64,000 bases of DNA from the human T2T-CHM13v2.0 reference genome, Homo sapiens, in assembly GCF_009914755.1 (NCBI RefSeq), contig NC_060929.1; one strand, given 5' to 3'. Positions 32,090-45,341 of the stretch are shown here, in pieces. Made by a program: the position numbers and the translations under genes. Under the pieces are notes generated by a model that worked only from the letters and a program-made list of their open reading frames with translations, had not been told where the DNA came from and searched no databases. The stretch's first letter is position 1; every line of letters begins with the position of its first letter.

Positions 32090-34447
32090 AAAAAGTTGTA
32101 ATTTGGCAAAATTGTCTTAATGTACATTTCTTTGATTATCAGTGATTTTTTTTCACATTTTCTGGTGTTTTATAATTTTTTCGTTTTATTTGTGGGCATG
32201 TGAATATTCTGTTCCTTTGCCCACATTTCTATTGGTGTATTTAGCTTTTTCCTATTGATTTTGAAAACCTCTTCATATATTAAATACATTAATTAGTCCT
32301 TTTATATTGTTGTTGCTTCATGAGCATATGACATTTTGGATATATATGATAATTTGATTATTATATGATTATTATTAGGGCTTCCATCTCTGAGTGTTGG
32401 TCAATGAATTTGTGTTAGTTATTGCACTTAAATTCATTGAGTAGTTAGCACTTAAAATGCAAAAAATGAAACAATGTTTTTAAGTATTCTTTCTGGCACT
32501 TTGATAATGTAATTAACCCAATGCTTCCGATTAAAATTAATCAATGCAATGGTGTTTCCAAGCTAATTTGATAAGTGTAACTGATGATTACCAATATAAA
32601 CCAGGCACAACCTTATAAAAGACTTAGTCATCACACTGTAAGAGAAGATGGTGACAATGGCGACTGAACTCATATGTGCGCTCAGTCAGTGGCTCTGAAG
32701 CTGACGAGAGTTGGCTATCTCTCTGTAAACAAGTAAATGAGAGAGCTGGGAGTGGGGTGAAGAGAATCATATAGATCAAATGTTATCTTCCACGTCAATC
32801 CCTAGCTGGAATGATAATACAAGAGAAAGACAAAAACTTGTATGAGAATTTAACAAAACAGAGAGGAATCATTGTCTTTCTCTGCAAACTGGGGATTATG
32901 ACTTAAGCCCCCATGCAGCAAGCTTCCCTTTGCATAAATCTCAATAGGCCTGGTGATTTATGGCAGCTCAGATTCTCAGATTCCTTGGTTGATGAAAGTT
33001 TCTCTGTCCAGATTTTTATGATAGGCTCTCAGAGATTTGAAGAGCAACTTAATATATTAAATTCTCTTAGGCATTCTTAAAATGACAGGCTTTCTGACTC
33101 CTTATTGTCCTTGTCACTCTCCAGTGAGCACAGTTTAATTTGCTTCAGTTGTTTGTAAAATTTGGAAGCCAGACTGAATGTGTTTTTCCTGTTGTGGGAG
33201 AAAACCACAATAGGATGCAGCCAAACTCCATGAGCTGGATTCTAAGTGGAATTCTTGCCTATCAAAATGTATTTAATAGAATAATATATTCATTACTTCT
33301 TTGAGAATGTAAAAAATAGAAATAAAGGAAGAATATATTTTAAGACAGTGTATAAAAGCTGATCTAGTAGCACAGTGTGGATTTTATGAAGGCTAATGCT
33401 TTGCTTTATTCATAATTTCAAATTTCTACTCTATGTGTTGTCTTCTATTGGGATAAATGATGTAGAAAACTCTTGCATGTCATTCAAGCTTAAAAAATAT
33501 AAACTCCTCTCTAAGCCTTTGGGAGAATCAGAACTGTTTTCAATATGACTATTAAACATCCACCTAAAAGTCCACAAAAACAAAACAACTAACAACCACC
33601 CCAACAAAGATAGTATGACCACACTGGGTCGTACTGTTTTTGTATGTGCTGGTTGATAATTGTCATACATCCCTTTCTTCTTTTCCTCATGCATGAACAC
33701 ATTTATCTGAGGCAAGAAGGGCAAAAAAAGGAGAGAAAGCTGAAATTACCCAGTTTCACAGCTCCGGCAGGAGTCCAGTGTCCTAGGCAGCCTGGAGGTG
33801 ACTGGTTTCCAGGTGCACTCTGGCAGTTCCACTATTACAGCAATGACAGGATGCACTTCATGCTTTTCAAGGCATGTTGATGTGTGTTACTGCATTTGAT
33901 CCTCACCTAGAGGTTAGTAGGAAAGGTGGGCTTGTTTCCAAGAACAAACTGAGCACAAAGTGGGACTTGCCAGAGTTCACACTGTTTCCCTGAGAGAATC
34001 CTGATGTCTGCTTTCTAGCCTCTGGCTCCTGCTGAACCACACTTGGCCTGCTCAATGCTGGTATGAATAAAAGTTGGCTTCTAGTGAAGCAAATGTGCCC
34101 ATGGCAAGGCCTCTGAATTGAGGTTTAAAGGGAATTGAACCAATAGGGTGGAGGTGCTAAGAATTCAGCCTCTTAGATCTTTGTTCCTCAGAAGATGCGG
34201 AGGTGGCAGCTGGAAGATTTGACAATAAAGAATGAACTTTAACGTACTGTGTAACCATGATATGAAAAGATAGACTCTATAAATGAGTTGGAAAGTCAGT
34301 CTTCTTTAATTCACACAGAATATTCTTGAAGTTAAACCTGCCCATGGGATAGAGTTATGGTAAACACCAGTCACTGAGCCACGAGATGAAATATTTCTGC
34401 TCCTAGAGACAAGCTGGGACCAAGATAAGACTCTAGACTTTTCTGGA

Positions 34448-34776
<329 letters not shown>

Positions 34777-35432
34777 AAAGACTCTAGGCTTTTCTTCTTC
34801 AGTTGGTGCCCCACCAGCTGGCACAATGATCAGCTGGGATAGGTAGAGAAACCCCTTGCAAGTAACATTTTAGTAGTAAGAAGTATGAAGGAGTAGAAGT
34901 GTGAGGAGAAGGGGAGGGAATGGTATCAAGAAACAAAGTATTTCCCCCTGTTTTATGCCGACCTTACTGTTATTTTTGTTCTGCCTCGTCTTAGTTCTCT
35001 CTCTCCCATTTGCTATCCTACAGTGGCAGCAAGTCAGATTTAGAGTGAGTTCTCTGTGCCTCTACGGCTCAGGGATGGGATACTTTACCCTTCTGAAGGG
35101 CCAGACGTACCGGGAAAACATTAGTTGAAGCTCCCATGAGTGTTAAAGACAGCTCACTTGTCAGTTTGGGTTAAGTACTGAGATATGTGAAGATTAAATT
35201 CAGAGCAAACATTAGAATAAAGGAACATAAAACCCAGTTTCATCAATATATCCAATGTTTAAAATGCATTTCATTTCTACCTCACAAGCAGCTACAGAAA
35301 GAAGAAAGGGAAAAAACAAGAAAGAGGAGGAGGTAATGAATTATACGGTGAATAACATGACCACATACTTTTTTACTGCTTTTGAAATGTACCTAGACTG
35401 GAGAATTGCTGTCTGGTTTTGTCCATCTGCAC

Positions 35433-35730
<298 letters not shown>

Positions 35731-37434
35731 CATCTGCACATCTTGAAACACTTGGAATCTCTCTTCTGACTGGGATGGATGGTCATGGCTGCCCACAGGA
35801 TGTCAGGGAAAAGAATACCCTGGACTTCAGAGGACCACTCAATAGCATTATTCAAATTTCTGGGGAGTAGGAAGGCTGGACCGCAAGGCAGGTGAGATGG
35901 AGAGCTTTGCCTCACTTTTGGGCCCTGATGGAATCTCAGAGGCACTGCCCTCCAGGCTGCTGTGTTACTGTTACTATGATGGAACAGTAGTCCCCTGTGC
36001 GTTGAGATAAGTCACGGAGCCAGGCATGTGTCCTTTGAAAGGCAGCCACTTCTTTATCCATCTAGCATCTGACTTGTGAGGTTAGGGGTCCCACAGCCTG
36101 AGAGGAGGTGGGAACCTCCCATCCTTCCCAGCAGGAGCCTCGATGGCTGCACAGAGAGGGCTGGAGTATCTGTGAGAGGCGAGGCTTTCATTCTCTTTAT
36201 CTGAAACTGAAAAATGTAAAGAACGTGTGTAGTAATTTAAAACCCTGCATTACTGTCCAAATAGTAATATGTGTGGAGCAGCATTTTTTTTAGAAATTAT
36301 TTTTCTGCTGTATGCTTTTAAAGAAAACCAAAAATGTTTTTTAATCTTAATTTAAACATCACTGATTTGACCAGTATCATTTACTATCTATAGATATATG
36401 GGCAATATTAGAAGAACCTGCACACAGTTTTGAAAATTGAATAAATATCTTTATTGCTGATTATAAAGTGATACACGTTTGTTATAAATGATTCAAATGA
36501 TACAGAAATGTGGAAAGGGGAAGTGGCCTGGCAATACCATTCTCTGGAAATTGCCACTGTTAGCTATAAGTCTGTTGCAAAGCTGCAGAAGCTTAAGGAC
36601 CAGAGTTTTAAGTGAGCTTGTGTTCTCATATTGGGTTACATTTGTTCTCTGTAAAAACACATAGCATGAACAGCAGAAAACACATTATAATAAAAACCAG
36701 AAGACTGAAAATGAAAATTCACACAAAGCTACAATTGATGCCAATAAGACCCAGACCTTTGCATTTCCTAGAGGTATTGATTTTGTTGTCTTTCTGGCAT
36801 GTTATGGTTTTTGTAGATAAGAGGAAGAGTCTTTCGTGAACCTGCCAACCTACAGTATCTGTTCTTACTGTTCTACTAAGGATTTGTGAGATCATTGTAA
36901 TGTTCTGGTTTTCCATGGCTTATGATAAAAAGATATATTGGGAGGCTTAAGGGGGTCTTTTTTTTCTTTGAGTAATTTACCTGTAATCTTTTAGAAATCT
37001 GTGTATAAATCCCTTCTCTGGATGACTACCTGCATGTGACTGTGTAGTCATCATCGTGTATGACTGCGTGAAACACATTTATTAGGTTCATTACATCTCA
37101 TGTTTCCTTATTGATGATCATTTATTCACCCAAATATTATTAAGGGCTTTCTGTGTGCCTGGCAAAGTGCTAGGATTGAGGGTACCACAGGACAGGGCTG
37201 GCTGGGAAGAGAGACACATTAGTGGACAGCTCTCAGCCAGTGTGAGAAAAGAAGGTGCAGAGGAGAGAGGGACTCCTTTTTGCCAGAAGGCTCCAGGGGA
37301 GGATTCTCTTGGAGTCCTGGTGTTACATTTCAGTGACATGAGTCAGAAAGTCCAGCAAGAATCTGTAGGTGCGGAATGGCCCAGGGATGAAGGAAAAATC
37401 AAAATATGTCAAGACAAAGAGATACACTAATAGA

Positions 37435-37625
37435 GAAGGGAGTTGACATTTGTTAAGTGTCTACTGGGTGCCAGGCACTGGATGTCAGCTGCACTCAGTC
37501 CTACGAGGTACTTAGCATTGTCCTCATTTTGCCCATGAGGAAACTCAGGTTCCAAAAGATGAAGTAACTTGCTCCAGGTCTCATAACTTGAGTTACCACC
37601 TGGAGGCATCAGGATTCACATACCG
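37435..37625 (-). mobile_element. MIR
   Basis: cctcattttgcccatgaggaaactcaggttccaaaagatgaagtaacttgctccaggtc. Confidence 0.75.
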
Positions 37626-38188
37626 ATGTGAACGCACCACAGATTACGCTGTCACAGCACAGGCTGAGGAGAGAGCTTGGCTTCTTTGGGGAGTGATATG
37701 TTGCTGGGGCTGGAGTATGGTGTGCATTGGAAGAAACTGGCAGAAATGAAAACATGGAGAATGGGGCCAGTTTGTGAAGGGCGCTTGCAGCCTATGTAAG
37801 ATTTGCTATTAGAGTTTGAGAATACCAGCAAAAGTTTGTAAGCAGATCTGACAGCTCAGATTTATCTTTTAGAAAGAAAACCCTGGCTGCCTTGTTTGGG
37901 ATGGAAGGATTTGAGAAAATTGGAGGAGGGTCACAGATTTATCCCCACTATGCTTAGATATACAAATAAAATATTTTTCTAAATTTCTCCTTAAGACCTC
38001 CTCCCCACTGAATAAGTAGAGAAAAATGAACCTGCATTTAGTGGAGAGTAATCAACTCAGTTAGATGTTGAAATAGTAAACTCTAATAATATAAAAGGCC
38101 CCTTTTAGTAATTCACGTGTCCTCCTGTGCCTCACTAAAATAGTGCCATAGTAAAAGAGGGCTCACATGTTCTTGAGATTGTGCGAGC

Positions 38189-38212
38189 GTGTGTGTGTGT
38201 GTGTGTGTGTGT
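38189..38212. repeat. (TG)n microsatellite
   Basis: Read directly from the sequence. Confidence 0.9.
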
Positions 38213-38334
38213 CTATCAGAGGGTGAGGCAGGGATCTTGCTGGTGCTGACTGGGAGCTGGCATTGCTCTGCTCAGCCTTGGCCATTTTGTTAATATCTGT
38301 TGCTGAAGTGTGTGGCTGCTGTAATATGTGGTTC

Positions 38335-38850
38335 TATAACCACAATCCGTTCATTTGCCCAATGCACAGTGAGTCAGTGTTCCAGGGCACTGGGATATAG
38401 CAGAGAAGGAGTTTAATAATCATAGGGTGGCCAATGAGGAGATGGGAAGAAACCCCAAATTCACCTCCCTGAAAGGTTTGGGGATAGGGTTTTTAAAGGG
38501 TCTGGACAGGGCTGAAGTATGGGGATCACTGATTGGTCAAGAAGTGAGAGAAGTCATGGGACAGGGAGGTGAAAAAATTGCATTCTTGTGCTGAGTCAGT
38601 TCCTTGGTGGGGGTCTTCAGACCGGTTGGTGTCAGCCATTCCACTGGAATTCAGAATCTGAAAAACACCTTAAACGATTCTTGAGCAAAAAGATCTTATG
38701 ATTGGATCATCAGAGATTCAAAGTATAGGAACGATGGGGGAGTGGTAGCAGATGGTCAGCATGCTACGTGACTCTCCCTCAGTAGCTGCAGGAGAGTGGG
38801 TTGAAGTGCACCAGTGCACAGGTCAGTGACTAACTATGATTCTGCCCAAA
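38335..38850 (-). mobile_element. ERV1 (MER4-group) LTR fragment
   Basis: gcagagaaggagtttaataatcatagggtggccaatgaggagatggg ... tgctgagtcagttccttggtggggg ... gaatctgaaaaacaccttaaa. Exact family not resolved. Confidence 0.65.
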
Positions 38851-40880
38851 GCAGTGAATTCTCTCCCAGGTCTCTCTTGCTGGGGCTTCATGACTCCAGG
38901 CCATGAGTTCTGATAGTGCACTTCCCTCCGCAGTCATCCACAGGATAGTTGGGAGCGTCCATCCCACGGAGATGCTCAGGGAGGCTCTGGATAGACCCTT
39001 TCTTTACCTAACTGCTGGGACACCAATCTTACTGATTTACAGGATGTGGTCCCCACCTCTAGGGTCACCACCCATATTGTCATGAGGCTTGGGGTGGAGC
39101 AAGAGGACATTGTGTGAGAGGATGTCCTCCAGAGCCCCTGAGGGAAGTGGCACTGAAGCTCTTTGGCATCAGCTTTGTCATCAGTGCCTTAAGCTCCTCA
39201 TTCTTCTCTAGGAATTTATCCAAGTGGGGAGAAGCTGTACCACGTGTGTCCCTGCCTCCCTCTGTTTTCTCCACGTACCTCGGACCTCTCCTTCTTGCCA
39301 CACTCCTCCTTGTGCTCCCAACTCACTGGGACTTCCCTTAGTTCATGCCGTCCTCCTCCCTGGGAGAGGGGGGCACTAGCTTCGACCTTTGGGCTGTAAT
39401 GGCAGCTGGGATACAAGGAGAGAAAGAGACCTGCTATCAGACAGAGCAGCATAGATTGGAAAGTGTTTCACCGCTGTGACATCTGCTATCCCAGTGACAA
39501 AGGGTTGCGTCAGTGGGTCTAGTTCTAGGTGAGGGCTAATAAATTCCAGAAAGAGTCCTAGGACAGGGCACTGGTGAAACCAAATGGGCAAGGGCTGATA
39601 AGGGGGTAGAAATTGGAGATAACTTTGAGGTTCCTAGGTGGAGCAGCTGTTGAGTCCAGATGCACTTTTCTTGAGAGAAAAGACAAGAGAAGGAATAGTT
39701 GTGAGTGCGGAGGGTAGAGGGTGGGAGGGAGGGAAGGAAGGTAACAAGTACATTCCATTTTGGATGTAATAGGAATGCTGTTTAGTGTAGAAATGTAGGG
39801 CTGGTGCCTGGGAGAGAATCTGCCTGGAGAAATAGATTTGGAAACTGATGAGAATATCCAAGGAGAAAAAAGAAGAGGAACTTATTGTCATTGTAGATAT
39901 TGAATTTAAAGACACAAACAAGGTCATAACTCTGTTTTAATTATTTCTTTCACTTTGTGATGACCCAGTACTTGGTAATGTCTGCTCCAGTTCCTGTATT
40001 AGGACAGGTGAAAGGTTACAGAATACCATCCAGGGTGTCTGCTGCTATTTTCCATCCTCTAGGGGACCTGTGAAGCCCCAGATCTGAGACAGATCTGTGA
40101 TGCACTGAGTTCTTATCAGAGTGAGACTAGACATACAAGACTCTTTGATGAGCGGCTACAAATAATGATTTGCAGGCACATGCAGAGGCAGTGTTTGATT
40201 TTTTTGTGATTTAGCTGAATTTGTTTAACTCCTAAAAGTGTAACATGTAGTTATTGTAACTCTTTCCATCATTGTTATGCCTCAGACACGCTTTAACCTT
40301 TGGATGTACTCTGCTAATGTAATTGCCTTGCTGTCTTTTAAAGGCTGCTTTTAATTGGGTTCCCAAGCAGCAGCTGCTGTTAAGGTGCAGGCTGCAGCCT
40401 TTGGATACATTGGGCTAGTTCATTAAGTGTTTCCTCTCCCCATACTGGGCATTTGGGTTTGGATGGCAGCCAGCAGTTACTGAAATGCCATCAGTTATAA
40501 GATTGCCCTTTAAGCCACTGATTTGTTATTGTATTGAGTTTTGACTCTTTTCCTCTCAAATTTAAGTGGAGATTTATTGAATATAATGTTAACCTCAATA
40601 CTTCCCATTCCCAGTTGTCTTTTCGTAAGCGTTATTTTCCCCTAGTTTATAAGTCTTCAGTCCTCTGCCTGAACTTGAGAGTTAAGAACTAAAGACAGCT
40701 GTCATTTATGGGGCTCATGACTGTCTGGGAAGCGTGGTGGATTATCTCATAGGCATGGCCCAGAGTCCTCAGTCACTGATGACATGCACAGGTAAACTGA
40801 GAGGTCTCTTAGCTAATTTTTCCTTTTTGGTAAAATTCTGCTGAAAATTTCCCTCTCCAGGACTAGAGGTATTCATATAA

Positions 40881-41464
<584 letters not shown>

Positions 41465-42564
41465 TGATTAATATGTCCAGCCTCAGGCAGACGAATTTAA
41501 AGCGAAAGCTTCTCCCATCCCATCCCTGGCTGGAACTTGCTGCAGGGAAGGCCGATGCCGGCTGCTGGGTCTCCTCACCAGCTTCCTGGGCTGCTCTGAC
41601 TTCTCCAAGTTGGGACCCATCCAGCAGGGGTTTCCTCTGTGTGTGGTCTGAGTTTAAAGCTCAGTCTTTGGGGATGCTCCCCTTTCAAGAAGCAGGACAT
41701 GCATCTCCTCTGCCCAGTCTCCTATGATCCCCCATCCCATCTCCTTGGCACTGGGTGGGATTCCTGCAGCCTCTCTGTGCTGCAGCTTCTTGCCCTGCAA
41801 GCTGCCCTTTTCGCTGTCCTTGCAGCCGGCTCTAAGACAAGCCCAGCCTGGCTTTCTCAGGTGTGGCCAACTTCTGGCCCAAAGGAAACACTCCCTTTCT
41901 ACTTGCCGTTGGTGGGTGTATTACTTCCCACATGCTCCCAGACATTAGCCCTTCCGATTCTTGCACAGGCCAGACATCAACTTCGGAGGACACAGGAATG
42001 ACCCTTAGCAAGCTCGTTGGAGCTCCTCACACTAGCTTGAGGCCGAGAGAACACCCTTCCCCCTTCCCCAGGGTGTGTGTGTTGGGGCACAGGTGGTGGA
42101 AGTGGGGGACCTAGTGCACACAGTTCTCCGTGAAGAAATTTATGATCTCCAAGAGTTTGGCCGTTTCAAATCTAACTCTTTTATGGCCTTGAGTGAGTGA
42201 AAGTCAAAACCATTTTTAGCCACCTCCTTTCCAAGTCCAACATGGTGGTTGAGTACCTCACCTTGACACATGGCCATTGGTTTCTGTTTGTTGTCCGGAG
42301 GCAGCAGCTGAAACTGAAACACAAAGTCCCATTTTAATATTTGATTGCCTTTGGCTACATTGCCCGTTATATATAGTATGATTCTTAGAGACAAAATATG
42401 GACTGCTGCTGTCACTGTAGTTGGGGGCCACTGGAGGGAAAGGATCTCCAAAGTCTTTTGCTACCTCAGATTAGTTAGAAATGGTGATATTTTCCCCCCA
42501 CCAAGCTAGTTTACCTATTTGGTAACCTGTTTGTATGTTTTATTTTTTTGCACGATTAAACAAA

Positions 42565-42905
42565 CTCCCTCCCTCCCCACACGGCCCTTTCGCCCTCCTT
42601 CCTTCCCTCTTCCCTCCCTCCCTCCCTTCCTTCCTTTCTTCCTTCCCTCCTTCCTTCCATCCTTCCCTCCTTCCTTCCATCCTTCCCTTCTTCTCCTTCC
42701 TCTCTCCCTCCCTTCCTTCCTCCCTTCCTCTGTTCCTTCCTCTCCTTCCTCTCTTTCCCTCCCTTTCTCCCTTCCATCCTTCCTCCCTCCCTCTCTTCCT
42801 CCCTTCCTCCCTTCCTTCCTTTTTCCTTCCTTTCTTCTTCCTCCTATCTTCCTTTTTTTCTATTCTTCCTTTCTGTCTCCCCTTCTCTTTTTTTTTCTTC
42901 CTCTC
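42565..42905. repeat. (CCTT)n-type polypyrimidine low-complexity tract
   Basis: About 340 nt of almost pure C/T. Confidence 0.92.
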
Positions 42906-43654
42906 AGGCCTCTGTTCTTTCTCCTGGCCAGTGAAGGAGACTTTCTTTCTATCTTCTCTACTTAAGCTCCCTCAGTGGTCTCCCTAGGGCCAAGACTCTG
43001 CAATGTGTCCCCCAAGGAGCCTTTTTGCCTCTTCATCCAACATTTGCATAGGAGATGCTCCCCTCAGTCCTGTCTGGGATTTACATATGTACCCACACTG
43101 GAACTCTTGGCCCACATCCTGGAACCCATGACACCAATGCCTTCACTGCACTCTCAACACTCCCAATGCACGTACAAACAGAAAAGAAATAAGTAGGTAG
43201 AAGGCAGAATAGTGAATGGGAGAGAGAATGCTTGGGAAATGGTAAAGTAACTGTTGGATAAGCCTGCAATTCCAGTCAACTTCATTAATGTAGCTAATCT
43301 AAGCAGGAAATCCAGGTAAATTAACTAAAAATTATGACTAATGAAATGGTTTGAAAAAGCTGCGTATGTATTTTTAAGGGCGAAAAAAAAAGCAGGCAAC
43401 TTTTTGGAGGCAGAGGACAGGTTATATTAACTTTTTTATACTTTGAAGTCCTAATACAATGTTTTATCAGTAGTTGCAGGAGCCCAATAAACAATTATTT
43501 AATAAAAGACAGGTCAAAGTCAACCAGCTTGTTGAAGCTGAAACATTTTGGGGAAAGATTTCGTGAATAGATAAGAATGAGTGGAATTGAGTAAATCCAA
43601 GAATTTGCACATAGGTGTTTTTCCCCCAGTTTCCTGCTTCTTATTTTTTCCCCA

Positions 43655-44140
43655 TTTTTAAAAGTTGAGATATAAATCATATCCCATAAAATTCACCATT
43701 TTAAAGTATACAATCCAGTGGTTTTCAGTATATTAGCCAGCTTGTGAAACCATCACCACCGTCTATTTCCAGAATGCTTTCATCATTCAAAAAAGAAAAC
43801 ACAGTGATGGTGGTTGCATGACTTTGTACATTTGTTAAAACCCATAGAACCCTAATAAACTATGGGCTTTAGTTAATAATTATGCATCAATATTTGTTCA
43901 TCAACTGTAACAAACATGTCACATATATGCAAAATGTTAATAATGGGAAAAACTGTGTGTGGGGGATAGAGCATATGGGAGCTTCCTGTACTTTCTGTTC
44001 AGTTTTTCTGTAAACCAAATACTGTTCTAGAATGTCTGTCAATTAAAAAATAGTGATAAAAAAACTCCTCACCCATTAGCAGTCACTCTGCTCTGCCCAT
44101 TCCCCTCGCTCCTGGCAACCACTTACCTGTGTTTTGTCTC
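43655..44140 (-). mobile_element. L1MB-like 3' fragment with a nested sense L1MC 3' end (about 43802-44050)
   Basis: Host ataaaattcaccattttaaagtatacaatccagtggttttcagtata ... cctggcaaccact. Insert aaactatgggctttagttaataat ... ctgtactttctgttcagtttttctgtaaacc. Confidence 0.75.
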
Positions 44141-44720
44141 TTGCATGAGTTCTTTGAAGAAGCATTTAAGCCATTTGTTTTGGTAGTTACAGTTAAGAGA
44201 TTGCCGAGTGTTTCTGCATTAAAATATCACATCCTTATAACTCCCATCTGCCCTTGCTCAAAACATTAGTGAAGGATGAAATATGCTTTGAAAAATTAAA
44301 ATGCCATAGCTTTTCATAAAAATAGGAGAAAAATGAAAATCTTGTCAGTCTAAAAGTGTAGTAAAAACATTTCTGCTATGCGAAACCTGAAGTTCCAGGT
44401 CTGTAAACTCTGCAGCAGGCAGAGTCAGCTGCGAGTTTGAAACTATGGGACAGAATCACTGAGAAGCATTCTAAGAATGGCTTGGGATCACAGTCACACT
44501 CAGAGAACTTGAACTGGGAACTATGTTGAGGTCGTCCTGGAGCAACATGCATGTGGCAGCTTATCTGTAGTGGTTGAGAAATCAGTGAAAATAATAAAGA
44601 GATATACCTGTGTGGAGAGGCTCAATGACTATATCGGCAATATCTGCAACATCACCATGGAGTGGGGGTGGGGAGTTGGAATTTGATCTGCCAGTCAAAG
44701 AGCTGGTTCTGGTCTGGGAT

Positions 44721-45161
44721 TCTTGAGGGTCCAGATAAATATACAGAATTGGAGGGAAATCTTCCCACTCTAGACGAGCCTGAAAACTGAGATTCTAAGA
44801 CACCAGATTACCAGAAAGACATCAGAAATGCAAACAATTAGGAAATAAATTTTTCTCAATGAAATGCACATCATAAATTTTAATTTGCATTTAAAGTGCA
44901 AATCATAAATTTTAATTTGCATTTAAAGTGCAAATCATAAATTTTAATTTGCATTTAAAGTGCAAATCATAAATTTTAATTTGCATTTAAAGTGCAAATC
45001 ATAAATTTTAATTTGCATTTCACTGAGAAAAATTTATTTCCTAATTGTTTGTATTTCTGATGTCTTTCTGGTAATCTGGTGTTTTAGAATCTCAGTTTTC
45101 AGGCTCATCTAGAGTGGGAAGATTTCCCTCCAATTCTATATATCTATCTGGCCCCTCAAGA
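44721..45161. repeat. Long inverted repeat: 148-bp arms (44721-44868 / 45014-45161), 7 mismatches, 145-nt loop
   Basis: Manual reverse-complement alignment, ungapped, 141/148 identical. Confidence 0.95.
44865..45020. repeat. 32-bp minisatellite (tgcaaatcataaattttaatttgcatttaaag) x 4.9
   Basis: Units start at 44865, 44897, 44929, 44961 and 44993; one substitution in unit 1. Confidence 0.96.
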
Positions 45162-45341
45162 TGAGATATAATTTAAAAAGTACATTTGGGACTCATAAAG
45201 ATATGGAAATAGCATCCATGAAAAGGACAAGAAATTATAAAACAAAAACAGGTAGCTGTGAATAAAGGACAGGTAGATACGAAAATGATTCTACCAGAAG
45301 CCATGAAAATAAAAAATTTGCTATTAAAATAAAAATAACTT

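Noticed and set aside
42519-42987. P/S/L/F-rich ORFs of about 150 aa
   Set aside because: Artefact of a stop-free polypyrimidine tract.
44865-45020. 32-bp partly palindromic repeats superficially like a CRISPR array
   Set aside because: The units are head-to-tail with no unique spacers, there are no cas genes and the context is eukaryotic; it is a minisatellite.
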